DNA of 64,000 nucleotides from Candidatus Anderseniibacteriota bacterium (GTDB lineage Bacteria; Patescibacteriota; Andersenbacteria; UBA10190), in assembly GCA_016197005.1 (NCBI GenBank), contig JACPWO010000002.1, forward strand, positions 8,483 to 72,482. Reading direction: 5' to 3'. Below the pieces are notes generated by a model. That model had not been told where the DNA came from. It saw only the letters and a list, made by a program, of their open reading frames with translations, and did not search any database. Shown here one piece after another: positions 28,803 through 38,178 of this stretch (position 1 is the first letter of the stretch; each line of letters starts with the position of its first letter). The translations under genes and the position numbers were made by a program.

Positions 28803-29507
28803 ATGCAAAATTTACCAACAGCCGAAATATACGAAAAGGAGTTTAGGTATTTCCCTTGGGGGATTTTAGTAAAGCAAATTGAAGATATTGTGTTAACCAA
28901 GGCCCCATCAGATGGAACAGTTCTCGACTTGATGTGTGGCACTGGTTATTCCTTGGCAGAGCTTCACAAAAAGCGCATAGATCTTGTTTTGACGGGTGTA
29001 GATCTAGAACCAGAGTTTATTCAATATGCTAAAGCTCATTACCGTGGTATTGATTTTGTGGTGGCTGATGCTTTTGAATGGCAACCTCCTGGTAAGTATA
29101 ATGTTGTCCTCTGTATGGCTGGTGTGCACCATCTTCAATACGAGAAACAGGAGCCATTCATCAAAAAGATTTCTAAACTCATCACAGATGACGGTCTGGC
29201 CATAGTGGCTGACCCCTATATTGATGATTATAAGGACGAGGGAGAGCGAAAAATTGCAAGCGCTAAATTGGGATATGAGTATCTTATTGCAACTATTCAA
29301 AATGACGCTCCAGAAGAGATTGTGGAAGCAGCTATTGGAATATCACGGAACGATGTTTTGGGAATTGAATATAAGAGCTCACTTAAGAGAATGAAGCTCG
29401 TGTTTGAGAAGTACTTTGCTACAGCCGATCTACATAAGACATGGCCAAATCATGATTCGGAATATGGTGATTACTACTTTGTTTTACGAAATCCCACGAT
29501 TACATAA
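28803..29507 (+). CDS. Class I SAM-dependent methyltransferase
   Basis: VLDLMCGTG, GVD, VVADA, GVHH. Confidence 0.9.
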   Translation: MQNLPTAEIYEKEFRYFPWGILVKQIEDIVLTKAPSDGTVLDLMCGTGYSLAELHKKRIDLVLTGVDLEPEFIQYAKAHYRGIDFVVADAFEWQPPGKYNVVLCMAGVHHLQYEKQEPFIKKISKLITDDGLAIVADPYIDDYKDEGERKIASAKLGYEYLIATIQNDAPEEIVEAAIGISRNDVLGIEYKSSLKRMKLVFEKYFATADLHKTWPNHDSEYGDYYFVLRNPTIT

Positions 29508-29559
29508 ACTCTGTGTTTAGGAAGGAGCAGGTTCTTACTTTCTCTACCGTGGCGAGCAA
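29500..29559 (-). repeat. att-like scar 6
   Basis: Minus strand TTGCTCGCCACGGTAGAGAAAGTAAGAACCTGC = LLATVEKVRTCSFLNTEFM*. Confidence 0.7.
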
Positions 29560-29598
29560 TCTTGACCCCTATTCCGCTCTGATCCACTCTAGGAGATA

Positions 29599-30720
29599 AT
29601 GAGTAAAACACGAAAAATTTTCTTTGTTATGGCAGGTGGTGGTCACGAAACCGATCAACATTACCATGACACTATTAAAAACCGTCGGTCTCTAGACGAA
29701 ATCGAGAAGTTCATTAACCCCGAGGAAACAGAGCAATTAAGGAACTACGCCCATGGCCGATCTTATGCCGCGTGGGGTGCCGTACCAGGAACGAATAATA
29801 TCCGGAATTGGGAAGTTATGGAGCCAGGTGATTACGTGATGGTGTATCGAAAGGGAAAAATTATTCTTGCGGCTGAGATAGCATTAAAAGTTCGTAATGA
29901 GAACTTAGCTCACCATTTCTGGCAAAAAGATGAGAATGGCAAAACCTGGGAATATATGTATTTCATGACGAATGACGTCGCCCTTAACGTCTCAATGTCC
30001 AGGTTGAATAAATACCTTGGCTATGAGGAAAATTATCATCCTCAAGGGTTTATGGCCATGAAGCAAGACAGAGTAGATCGACTACTATCTGTATATGGTG
30101 ATCTCGTATCCTTGCTCGAGAAACTAGAAAAGGGTGAAGAACTTGAAGAGATAGAGTTTGAAAGGAAAAAGATCGTGAGCGAAATTATTGAAGAAAAAAC
30201 TGCAAAAGCACCAACTGAGCACACAGAAATGCAGTGGCGGCTCATTCGTCTAGGTATCATGTCTAGTTTTGATGTGTGGGTGCCGGCTGGTGACCAAGCA
30301 AGAGAATTCGACGGGCATAAATTCCGCGATCACGTTATGAAGGAGTTTCAGGAAACTATCGATGTACCGACGTATATAAAGAATATTGATACGGTCTGGA
30401 AACTGGGACATTCAATTAAGTCGGCCTTTGAAATAGAACACTCAACAAGCATTTATTCAGGGATCTTACGCTTGTCTGACTTGCGTACGTTGACTCCGAA
30501 TTCCACATATCCACTTTTTATAGTTGCCAGTCGTGAGCGAAAAAGTAAGGTCTTTGAACAACTACGAAGACCTACGTTTGCCAGTAGCTATTTGTCTCTT
30601 GATCAAGCAGTCAAATACCTCTCATACGATGCGGTGAGAAAACTGGATAATGAACACAAAGAAAAACAAACTCAATTCGATATCGATTGGTTAACCAAAG
30701 AAGCGGAGTCAGTGGTTTAG
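29599..30720 (+). CDS. EVE/PUA-like domain fused to PD-(D/E)XK restriction-like nuclease
   Basis: WGA...WEVMEPGDYVMVY N-domain; IDTVW...AFEIEHSTSIYSGILRLSDL catalytic region. Confidence 0.75.
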   Translation: MSKTRKIFFVMAGGGHETDQHYHDTIKNRRSLDEIEKFINPEETEQLRNYAHGRSYAAWGAVPGTNNIRNWEVMEPGDYVMVYRKGKIILAAEIALKVRNENLAHHFWQKDENGKTWEYMYFMTNDVALNVSMSRLNKYLGYEENYHPQGFMAMKQDRVDRLLSVYGDLVSLLEKLEKGEELEEIEFERKKIVSEIIEEKTAKAPTEHTEMQWRLIRLGIMSSFDVWVPAGDQAREFDGHKFRDHVMKEFQETIDVPTYIKNIDTVWKLGHSIKSAFEIEHSTSIYSGILRLSDLRTLTPNSTYPLFIVASRERKSKVFEQLRRPTFASSYLSLDQAVKYLSYDAVRKLDNEHKEKQTQFDIDWLTKEAESVV

Positions 30721-30788
30721 ATCGAGAAAGTAGCTCTTTCTTTGTAGTTGTAAACATGCATTGATTAATGATGGAGTAAAGTAAGAAT

Positions 30789-31508
30789 ATGACTCGGCAA
30801 CCAGACATGAATCGATACCGTCGTCTTGTATATCAGGATTACCGCGCCGGAACCAAACAAATTCTGAGAGATAGCCAAGAAGAAAAATGGCCGTATTGGG
30901 TAGGGGTCTTAGGGAAGAAATTTATTGTATATAGAAACGTATTTTCACCCAAGTATTTTAACGACACGGAGTTTTTTGCACGTGAGTTACCGATAATGCC
31001 TGGGGAAAATGTGCTGGAAATAGGTTGTGGTACTGGCGTGATTGCTATTTTTGCCAAGCACAAAGGAGCTAATAAAGTTGTTGCTGCGGATATAAACCTC
31101 GCTGCTGTCAAAAATACAAAAGAGAATGTCCGGTTACATAAAATGGAAGATGAGATCAATGTTCGTGCAGGTGATGTATATGAGGCGATTGGAGAGAACG
31201 AAAAATTTGATGTTATATTTTGGAACATTCCATTTGGATTTACTGAGAATAAAAAAATCTCAAACCTGGAAAAATCTATTAACGATCCAGGGTATAAAGC
31301 AGTGGAACGGTTTATCAAAGAGGGAAAAAATTACTTAAAGAATGGTGGTCGGCTGCTAATTGGTTTTAGTACCACCCTCGGAAAGTTCGAGCTCATACAA
31401 AAGTTTGTGGCGGAGGCAAATATGTCACTTCGACTTTTAGAAGAAACAGAACCTACGGAACTTCATCCCGTGAAATTCGAAATCTTTGAAGTGACCCCGA
31501 AACAGTAA
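30789..31508 (+). CDS. HemK/PrmC-like class I methyltransferase
   Basis: VFSP, VLEIGCGTG, ADIN, FWNIPF (NPPY-like). Confidence 0.85.
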   Translation: MTRQPDMNRYRRLVYQDYRAGTKQILRDSQEEKWPYWVGVLGKKFIVYRNVFSPKYFNDTEFFARELPIMPGENVLEIGCGTGVIAIFAKHKGANKVVAADINLAAVKNTKENVRLHKMEDEINVRAGDVYEAIGENEKFDVIFWNIPFGFTENKKISNLEKSINDPGYKAVERFIKEGKNYLKNGGRLLIGFSTTLGKFELIQKFVAEANMSLRLLEETEPTELHPVKFEIFEVTPKQ

Positions 31509-31595
31509 CAGTGATTTATTGTAGGTAATAAATCATGCTACTTGGAATATCCAGAAACTTGACTTCCTAGAGAGAAGGAGAAAAATAAGCTCAAT

Positions 31596-32294
31596 ATGGC
31601 AAACAAGAATGAATTCGAACTCTTCAGCGTTTTCACCGGTCTTTTTGTGGCTAGCCTGATTATTTCAAATGTTACAGCGCCAAAAATCGTAGACTTTGGT
31701 TGGTTGCAGATATCTGGTGCAACTATCATTTTCCCCCTCAGCTTTATTTTCGGAGACATTTTAACCGAAGTGTATGGATATGCGCGTAGTCGAAGGGTAA
31801 TCTGGACTGGTTTTGCTGCCGTTATTTTACTAGCTGTCAGTACCTGGATTATTAAAGTTTTGCCGCCTGCTGCACTTTGGCAGGATCAGGCAGCGTTCGA
31901 AGTAATCTTTGGACTTACTCCCCGTATCGCCCTGGCGAGCATTACGGCTTATTGGGCAGGGGAATTTTGTAACAGCTTTGTGGTAAGTAAAATGAAATAT
32001 CTAGTAAAGGGTAAGCGCGGGGGTAGCCAAGCCTGGCGGTTTATAGCCTCCACTATTGTTGGAGAGGGAGTGGACTCTATTGTATTTATGACAGTTGCGT
32101 TCGTTGGTGTATTGCCATCAGCGGCTATTATTCAAACAATAATTGGCATCTACATCTTCAAAGTTGCGTATGAGATTATTGCCACTCCATTTAGTACTCG
32201 TTTTGCAAATTGGGTGAAGAAAGTAGAAGGAATTGATCAGATAGACTATCCAGAGAGGATAAACTATAACCCTTTTTCTGTTTTTAGTAAGTAA
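31596..32294 (+). CDS. yhhQ: Queuosine precursor transporter (Vut_1/YhhQ family)
   Basis: FPLSFIFGDILTEVYGY...R, PRIALAS..AY..GEF.NS, STIVGEGVDS. Confidence 0.92.
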   Translation: MANKNEFELFSVFTGLFVASLIISNVTAPKIVDFGWLQISGATIIFPLSFIFGDILTEVYGYARSRRVIWTGFAAVILLAVSTWIIKVLPPAALWQDQAAFEVIFGLTPRIALASITAYWAGEFCNSFVVSKMKYLVKGKRGGSQAWRFIASTIVGEGVDSIVFMTVAFVGVLPSAAIIQTIIGIYIFKVAYEIIATPFSTRFANWVKKVEGIDQIDYPERINYNPFSVFSK

Positions 32295-32378
32295 ATAGGT
32301 TTTCATATAAGCTCGTCTTTTAACAGCAGACTTATGTTGAATGCTTCTTTAATCTTCCAGAATCAATAAACTAAATCG

Positions 32379-32459
32379 TCATCGTCCTAAGTCTGGAATA
32401 TAGGTATACCCCTTTTGCCTCTGGAAAATAGTTCTAACGTTGTTCACGATACGGAGCAA
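32379..32459 (-). repeat. att-like scar 7
   Basis: Minus strand TTGCTCCGTATCGTGAACAACGTTAGAACT = LLRIVNNVRTIFQRQKGYTYIPDLGR*. Confidence 0.75.
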
Positions 32460-32502
32460 AATTTGAGATTGCGTACGCGATAGCGACTTGTAAGATATAC
32501 CT

Positions 32503-32817
32503 ATGGCCAACAAAAAAATCTCCACGGGGACCGTGCATACACTGCCAGCGGATTTACGAAAGGCTTTGACGTCTGACCCGAAGGCGCGTACAGCCTGGGA
32601 GGATATTACGCCGCTCGCCCGCAACGAATGGATCTGCTGGACTATTTCCGTCAAAAATCCAGAGACGAGAAAAAATCATGTAGAGCGGACGATCACGGAG
32701 CTTAGAGAAGGAATGCGCCGGCCTTGTTGTTGGTATGGCTGTATTCACCGGACAGATAAATCGATAAGTCCCTCGGTACAAAGTGTAGTGCTCCGCAAAC
32801 TACGCAAGTCAAAATAA
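32503..32817 (+). CDS. YdeI/OmpD-associated family protein
   Basis: LPADLRKAL...TPLARNEWICW...ETR...RRPCCW.GC.HR. Confidence 0.88.
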   Translation: MANKKISTGTVHTLPADLRKALTSDPKARTAWEDITPLARNEWICWTISVKNPETRKNHVERTITELREGMRRPCCWYGCIHRTDKSISPSVQSVVLRKLRKSK

Positions 32818-32829
32818 TATAAGAAACCG

Positions 32830-32922
32830 TTATAGGGTGGTAGTCGAAAAGCTAAATTCTTGTAGCTGATTTTTAATATTTGATCAAGCCACAGGTCTAA
32901 ACACATTTAACAAAGGTAGCCA
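32830..32922 (-). repeat. att-like scar 8
   Basis: Minus strand TGGCTACCTTTGTTAAATGTGTTTAGACCT = WLPLLNVFRPVA*SNIKNQLQEFSF. Confidence 0.6.
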
Positions 32923-32945
32923 ATGACTTTTGCTATACTAAGGAC

Positions 32946-33386
32946 ATGACGATCAAGAGATTAGACCACGTTAGTGTCGTCGTCGACGACCTTACACCCG
33001 CTATCGCTTTTTTCACCGTGCTCGGTATGACGATCGAGGGCAAGGCATCGGTCGATGGTTCGTGGGCGGACCAAGTTAACGGCCTCAAAGGTGTCCAAGC
33101 CGACATCGTTATGATGCGAACCCCCGATGGACACGGACGGCTTGAGCTAACAAAGTTTCGCAATCCAAAGCTGATCGAGATCGAACCGGCGATTGCACCG
33201 CCAAACACGATGGGTCTTCGGAGTGTCATGTTTACAGTCGAAAGCGTCGATGACACAGTCGCTCGCCTGCGCGAGAGCGGCGCCGAACTCATCGGCGAAG
33301 TGGTTCAGTATGAGGACACGTACAGACTTTGTTATATGCGAGGCCCGGCGGGCATAATCGTCGCGCTGGCCGAAGAGCTTACCTAA
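32946..33386 (+). CDS. VOC/glyoxalase family protein
   Basis: LDHVSVVVDDL...LELTKF...RLCYMRGPAGIIVALAE. Confidence 0.9.
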   Translation: MTIKRLDHVSVVVDDLTPAIAFFTVLGMTIEGKASVDGSWADQVNGLKGVQADIVMMRTPDGHGRLELTKFRNPKLIEIEPAIAPPNTMGLRSVMFTVESVDDTVARLRESGAELIGEVVQYEDTYRLCYMRGPAGIIVALAEELT

Positions 33387-33447
33387 TCGACCGGCTGCGT
33401 ATTACGGACACCATGACTCCTTTATATCAAGACTCTAAACGAAATAC

Positions 33448-33903
33448 ATGAGAAGCATAAAAAATAAAGCGCTGGCAGCACTAGAACCTCTAATCGGAGA
33501 ATGGGAATACACCATGTACAACTCCTGGTTTTTGGAGAGCCTGGACACTAAGGTGAAGGGATTTACAGCTATCGAGCGACTGCAGGATTCTTTTATAGTT
33601 ATCCGCAGTAGCGATGCCGATAAAAAGCCGAGTGATATCTGGGTTATTGGCTTCAGCGATCCGCAAAAGAAGTATCAGATGTTTTATTACGACGAGCGTG
33701 GTGTAGCCCGTATTTTCAACATGACATTTGATGGTAAAAGATTATTTTTCTGGAGAGAGGACGAAGATTTTTACCAGCGGATGACCATTGATATTGAGTC
33801 CGATGGGTTACATTCTGTTGCTGAGGCATCAGAAGATAAAGGGAAAACATGGAGAAAAGATTTAGAAATGGCGCATAGGAAACTCACATATGAAAAACCT
33901 TAA
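33448..33903 (+). CDS. Hypothetical beta-barrel protein (DUF1579-like)
   Basis: LEPLIGEW...YYDERGVARIF...SEDKGKTW. Confidence 0.6.
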   Translation: MRSIKNKALAALEPLIGEWEYTMYNSWFLESLDTKVKGFTAIERLQDSFIVIRSSDADKKPSDIWVIGFSDPQKKYQMFYYDERGVARIFNMTFDGKRLFFWREDEDFYQRMTIDIESDGLHSVAEASEDKGKTWRKDLEMAHRKLTYEKP

Positions 33904-34324
33904 ATTTTCAATTGAAATACAAGCTTCTAAAGAGATGGTGTGGAATACCCTTTGGGAAGACAAAACGTTTCGTGACTGGGCGAACATCATCGATGAAGGA
34001 ACATACATGGTTGGAAGTATGAAAGAAGGAGCCGAAGTGCAGTTTATTTCCTCTGTAAACGGCTATGGCGTAACCAGTTTCGTTGAGAAATGTATTCCCT
34101 ATGAGTTTGCGCTCCTTAAGCACAAGGCAGATACACAAGAGAGCGGCCAGCAAGAGCGGGCAAACGAATGGACCGGCGGGCAAGAACGCTATTCACTTAC
34201 AGAGGGTGATGGTACTACTACGTTGACGGTTGAGCTCGACACACCACCTGAACAAGTGGAAACATTTGAGGAAAGATTACCAAAAGCTTTGAGGCGAATT
34301 AAGGAATTGGCAGAGAGTAAGTAA
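33890..34324 (+). CDS. SRPBCC domain protein
   Basis: FSIEIQASKEMVW...PKALRRIKELAE. Confidence 0.85.
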   Translation: MKNLKFSIEIQASKEMVWNTLWEDKTFRDWANIIDEGTYMVGSMKEGAEVQFISSVNGYGVTSFVEKCIPYEFALLKHKADTQESGQQERANEWTGGQERYSLTEGDGTTTLTVELDTPPEQVETFEERLPKALRRIKELAESK

Positions 34325-34422
34325 GGGATTGCCTAGAAAACCAGTCTGTGCTTCACTAACTTCCGTCGCTTTCGTCATGGGGATGATCGCGAATGTTCCT
34401 TTCATTAGGAAAGGCTGACATC

Positions 34423-35115
34423 ATGAACGATGCTCGGTTAACGTTCGAAGATTCGCATGGTTTCCTTAAGGACTTATTTGAAAGGCTTGCGAGCTATCGA
34501 GGGCCGCTATGGCACGAAGCATTCAAGCGCTTTCTTGTGGCGACAAATCCCGAGTTTTATATGCTCGAGATTGGTCAGCTGGGAACTGCCCAGCTTTTGC
34601 TTGAGAGGTTCCATCAAGCAGGATTCAGTATTTCGCCACACGATGGGGTATTGTATGAAGCATTACGAAACAGCAAACCTGAATCGATCTATATGCTGCA
34701 AGAATGTTTTCGTATGTTGCCAGTTCGAGCAATGGGTCCGCCAACTGCTTATGCTGTCCGCGGGTTCGGGCATACAAATGGATGTGTGGCAACTAGCTGG
34801 GAAGCTGCGTGCAGACTCCTGCTGGAAGTCGAGGAAAAGCCTAAACAAGGATTTCATTCTCCAAGACGGCTACTCAATTTTGCCCCGACACCAGTGGTGT
34901 GGACTTTTGTGGGAGGTGACCATAAAAGTCGTGCGAGCTTAGCGACTATTTCTGAGCAGTCAGAGCCAATGTTGGTGGCGCTTGTGTCTGCCGATTCAGG
35001 CCTTAAGTTCAAAGGTATTGTAGAAGCAGAATATATGTACCGATGCCTGGATCGCGACTCCAATCAAATCCTACCGAGTGATGTATTTCTTTTCTCGATC
35101 AATACCAAGAACTAG
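34423..35115 (+). CDS. Hypothetical protein
   Basis: 230 aa ORF followed by hairpin. Confidence 0.55.
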   Translation: MNDARLTFEDSHGFLKDLFERLASYRGPLWHEAFKRFLVATNPEFYMLEIGQLGTAQLLLERFHQAGFSISPHDGVLYEALRNSKPESIYMLQECFRMLPVRAMGPPTAYAVRGFGHTNGCVATSWEAACRLLLEVEEKPKQGFHSPRRLLNFAPTPVVWTFVGGDHKSRASLATISEQSEPMLVALVSADSGLKFKGIVEAEYMYRCLDRDSNQILPSDVFLFSINTKN

Positions 35116-35184
35116 TATTTCAGAAAAGAGATCCTCGAGCCTCTCGTGACACTGTCACTTGGGGCTCATTTTCTTGTTGATGAC

Positions 35185-35583
35185 TCAGTTGTTTGCAGTG
35201 ACGAAGTGTAATGCAAAAAGATGTCCTTGATAGCTGATGGGTACGATTATAACGGTAGTATCAATCATCTCACCAGTTTGTTTCTTCCAGGTAATAGGAG
35301 TTGTTGAAGCCGCTTTCAACTCCATGGCTTTCTGAAACGCATCAATGAGAGCTTCTTGGCTATTTTTATTCACGAATACTTGAGGAAAAGGTTCGGTCAC
35401 TTCTGCCCACGCTTCTGTCGAAGCATAGCCTAATAAATCAGCAAACTTTTGGTTGCATATCTTATGGGCATCGTCGAGATACAAATATATAGCCTGATTA
35501 GACTCTTCAAAGATTTCTTTGAGTTGGTCAGATAATCCTTGTAGTAACTCGTTATGATGTTCGTGATCCGTCATGGTACTCAC
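35185..35583 (-). CDS. Stand-alone PAS-like domain protein
   Basis: IFEESNQAIY...CNQKFADLLGY...KKQTGEMI. Confidence 0.7.
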   Translation of the reverse strand: MSTMTDHEHHNELLQGLSDQLKEIFEESNQAIYLYLDDAHKICNQKFADLLGYASTEAWAEVTEPFPQVFVNKNSQEALIDAFQKAMELKAASTTPITWKKQTGEMIDTTVIIVPISYQGHLFALHFVTANN

Positions 35584-35613
35584 ACTATATCACATTTGAG
35601 CGGGATGTGCATT

Positions 35614-36063
35614 TTAATTTAATCGCCAGATAGCAAAATTTAGGACAGTTGCGAACATTACCCACGCAGCATACGGCACCAGCAAGAATGCCGCAGTGCG
35701 ATCAGTTTTATAGAACTGAAGTATAAGAGTTACGATCATGGTTAGTAGAATCACGATATCCAGAAGACCAAGGAGCGGACTATGGAGGCCGAAGAAGAGG
35801 AATGACCACAAAACATTCACGATCAGGTGAATACTAAACAACGCTGTCGATCCATTCCGTGACCAGATGCGATAAAAGGCAATCCCCATGAGGATATAGA
35901 GACCAGTCCACACGGGGGCAAACAACCAATTAGGTGGACTAAATGATGGTTTCATTAACGTCACATACCAGGTTGGAATTTCTGGCGCAGTAAACAGCGA
36001 ACCGATCAGTCCTGCTGCCAAGGGCAGAGCGAGCGCGATGCCACATTTCAGTAATCGGTTCAT
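35614..36063 (-). CDS. tspO: TspO/MBR tryptophan-rich sensory protein
   Basis: WY..L.KPSFSPPNWLFAPVWT.LY; LVPYAAWV.FA..LN. Confidence 0.95.
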   Translation of the reverse strand: MNRLLKCGIALALPLAAGLIGSLFTAPEIPTWYVTLMKPSFSPPNWLFAPVWTGLYILMGIAFYRIWSRNGSTALFSIHLIVNVLWSFLFFGLHSPLLGLLDIVILLTMIVTLILQFYKTDRTAAFLLVPYAAWVMFATVLNFAIWRLN

Positions 36064-36067
36064 GGAG

Positions 36068-36490
36068 TTATCGAAGCGTCATTAAAATAGCGCCGGTAGT
36101 GATGAGGGCCGCTCCCACTCCTGTTTTCCAGGTAAGGTGATCAGACAAAAAGAGCACCGCAAAGATAAGCACGAAGACGACACTTAAGCGATCCAGCGCC
36201 GCTACCGCTGGAGCGGGCCCGGTACGCAGGGCAACAAAGTAGGCCAGCCAGGAAAGAGCGCCGGCAATACCAGACAGAGCAATAAAGAGCAGTGCCTTGG
36301 TATCAATGGTTGCTAGCAATTTCCCTTTTCCAAGGAGAAGGGCGGTTACGACAAGAAAGCCAGCCATAATCACTGACCGCACCGTCGTAGCCAGAGTAGG
36401 ATCAATACTTTGGATACCAACTTTCCCTACGATAGCTACCAGAGCCGCAAAGACGGCTGACAGAAGTGCAAAAATAATCCAACTGATCAT
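36068..36490 (-). CDS. EamA family transporter (single domain)
   Basis: ALLSAVFAALVAI..KVG...SWLAYFVAL...LDRLSVV. Confidence 0.9.
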   Translation of the reverse strand: MISWIIFALLSAVFAALVAIVGKVGIQSIDPTLATTVRSVIMAGFLVVTALLLGKGKLLATIDTKALLFIALSGIAGALSWLAYFVALRTGPAPAVAALDRLSVVFVLIFAVLFLSDHLTWKTGVGAALITTGAILMTLR

Positions 36491-36537
36491 CTATCCAGTA
36501 TAGTCCTGGTTCGGTGATATACTAATGACTAGTACGC

Positions 36538-36936
36538 ATGAAAGGATTTATTGAAAATATTGAGCAACTGACAATAGCTAACGAATACTTTCGTCAGGTA
36601 CTCTACACAGCTACACATACACAGCTCACTGTGATGCACCTGCAGCCGAAAGAAAGCATTGGCGAAGAAGTGCATGACGTTGATCAATTTTTACGCATTG
36701 AGGAAGGTACCGGTCGAGCAGTTCTCGATGGCCATGAAAGCAAGCTAACCGATGGTAGTGTTGTGATTGTCCCGGCTGGAGTAAACCACAACATCATCAA
36801 TGACTCAGATACTGAGCCATTGAAGCTTTATACTCTCTACTGTCCACCTCATCATCGCGATGGTGTTATTCATACCACCAAAGAGGAAGCGGTACATGAC
36901 TCCGAGCACTTTGACGGAAAAACTACAGAATTCTAA
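36538..36936 (+). CDS. Cupin domain protein
   Basis: IGEEVH..DQF..IE.G.G...PAG..HN...KLYTLY.PP.H. Confidence 0.92.
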   Translation: MKGFIENIEQLTIANEYFRQVLYTATHTQLTVMHLQPKESIGEEVHDVDQFLRIEEGTGRAVLDGHESKLTDGSVVIVPAGVNHNIINDSDTEPLKLYTLYCPPHHRDGVIHTTKEEAVHDSEHFDGKTTEF

Positions 36937-36941
36937 CTACT

Positions 36942-37193
36942 ATGACTGACGAAAAAACAACTCAAGAAGAATTTAAAATTTCAGCTGACAAGGTTGTCGA
37001 AAAAATCAAAATGCTGCTCAAGGAAGGAAATGTCCGGCGAATTACCATCAAAAACGAAGAAGGAGTTGTCTTAATTGTCATCCCACTAACGATTGCCATT
37101 ATTGGTACGGTGCTTGCCCCTATTTTGGCAGCGGTCGGTGCTTTAGCGGCTCTTCTTACGAACTGCACGATTGTTGTTGAGCGAAGAGTATGA
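36942..37193 (+). CDS. DUF4342 protein
   Basis: KIKMLLKEGNVRRITIK...IPLT. Confidence 0.88.
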   Translation: MTDEKTTQEEFKISADKVVEKIKMLLKEGNVRRITIKNEEGVVLIVIPLTIAIIGTVLAPILAAVGALAALLTNCTIVVERRV

Positions 37194-37414
37194 CACTCGA
37201 AACACTTACTACCATAAGTCCATGGGTACTGATCGTTCTCGTAGTTTGGTCATTTATCTGGAAAGGCATGGCATTGTGGTGCGCAGCGCGACGTAATCAA
37301 AAAGGATGGTTCATTGCTCTTTTGCTTATAAATACCGTCGGTCTGCTGGATATTTTGTACATCTACGTTATTTGTCGAAAAAGCACTGTCAAAAATTCTT
37401 CTCAGGATTTGTAA
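37190..37414 (+). CDS. DUF5652 family protein
   Basis: WKGMALW.AARRNQKGWFIALLLINTVG. Confidence 0.88.
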   Translation: MTLETLTTISPWVLIVLVVWSFIWKGMALWCAARRNQKGWFIALLLINTVGLLDILYIYVICRKSTVKNSSQDL

Positions 37415-37453
37415 GTTCAATTTCATTGGCTTGAACTATTCCACTCATAGTAT

Positions 37454-38017
37454 ATGTCTCGTCGCAGCAGTCGCCAGTATTCACATTTGTACCAAAACTT
37501 CGGTATTGTTGCGCTCAGTATTCTTATTGCCGTTCTTATTTCTAAGTCAGCAACCTTAGAAATATTCTTGGTTAATATTGGTGAGCAGCGCCTGATTGGT
37601 AGTTTCTTTACCGGCATACTTTTTACTTCTGTCTTCACAGCTGCTCCGGCCGCAGTTCTATTAGGTGAGTTAGCGCAAACCAACTCTGTCTGGTTAGTGG
37701 CACTCACAGGTGCTATCGGTGCTTTGATTGGCGATTTCGTGATATTTCGTTTTGTCCGCGACCGTCTATCCGAGGATATGCTGTTTTTGCTCAATCATCG
37801 AAAGCGTCGATTTAAGAAAATTCTTAAGCTGCCAACTGCCCGCTGGGTGCTTGCAATTGTGGGCTTCTTGGTTGTTGCCTCACCATTGCCGGATGAGCTT
37901 GGTGTAACATTGCTTGGCTTTGCGAAAACACGGCACAAAATATTCTTTTTCATATCATTTCTGGCCAACTTTCTGGGTATTCTGGCTGTTGGGTGGGCAG
38001 CACAAAGCGTGATTTAA
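37454..38017 (+). CDS. Membrane protein (DedA/VTT-like)
   Basis: FTSVFTAAPA, GALIGD, ASPLPDELG. Confidence 0.7.
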   Translation: MSRRSSRQYSHLYQNFGIVALSILIAVLISKSATLEIFLVNIGEQRLIGSFFTGILFTSVFTAAPAAVLLGELAQTNSVWLVALTGAIGALIGDFVIFRFVRDRLSEDMLFLLNHRKRRFKKILKLPTARWVLAIVGFLVVASPLPDELGVTLLGFAKTRHKIFFFISFLANFLGILAVGWAAQSVI

Positions 38018-38178
38018 ATGCCTACTATTTATTCCACGGGCTCAGGTTGGTTGATTCTCAGCGGGTACGTAATCGGTTGATCTTCCCGTTTTTGTATCGC
38101 AGGCCTCATTGCTGGAAAGGCAGTTTGAAGCTTTCTGGTGTTTCTAGATATGGATGCTAGGCTTAAAAATAACTATCT

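Noticed and set aside
31509-31595. preQ1 riboswitch upstream of yhhQ
   Set aside because: No preQ1 consensus seen; only an AT-rich hairpin (GATTTATT...AATAAATC).
28803-32294. MTase - nuclease - MTase - yhhQ as one restriction-modification or 7-deazaguanine system
   Set aside because: MTases look like small-molecule/protein types, no dpdA/tgt/que genes are present, and a scar at 29559 separates the genes.
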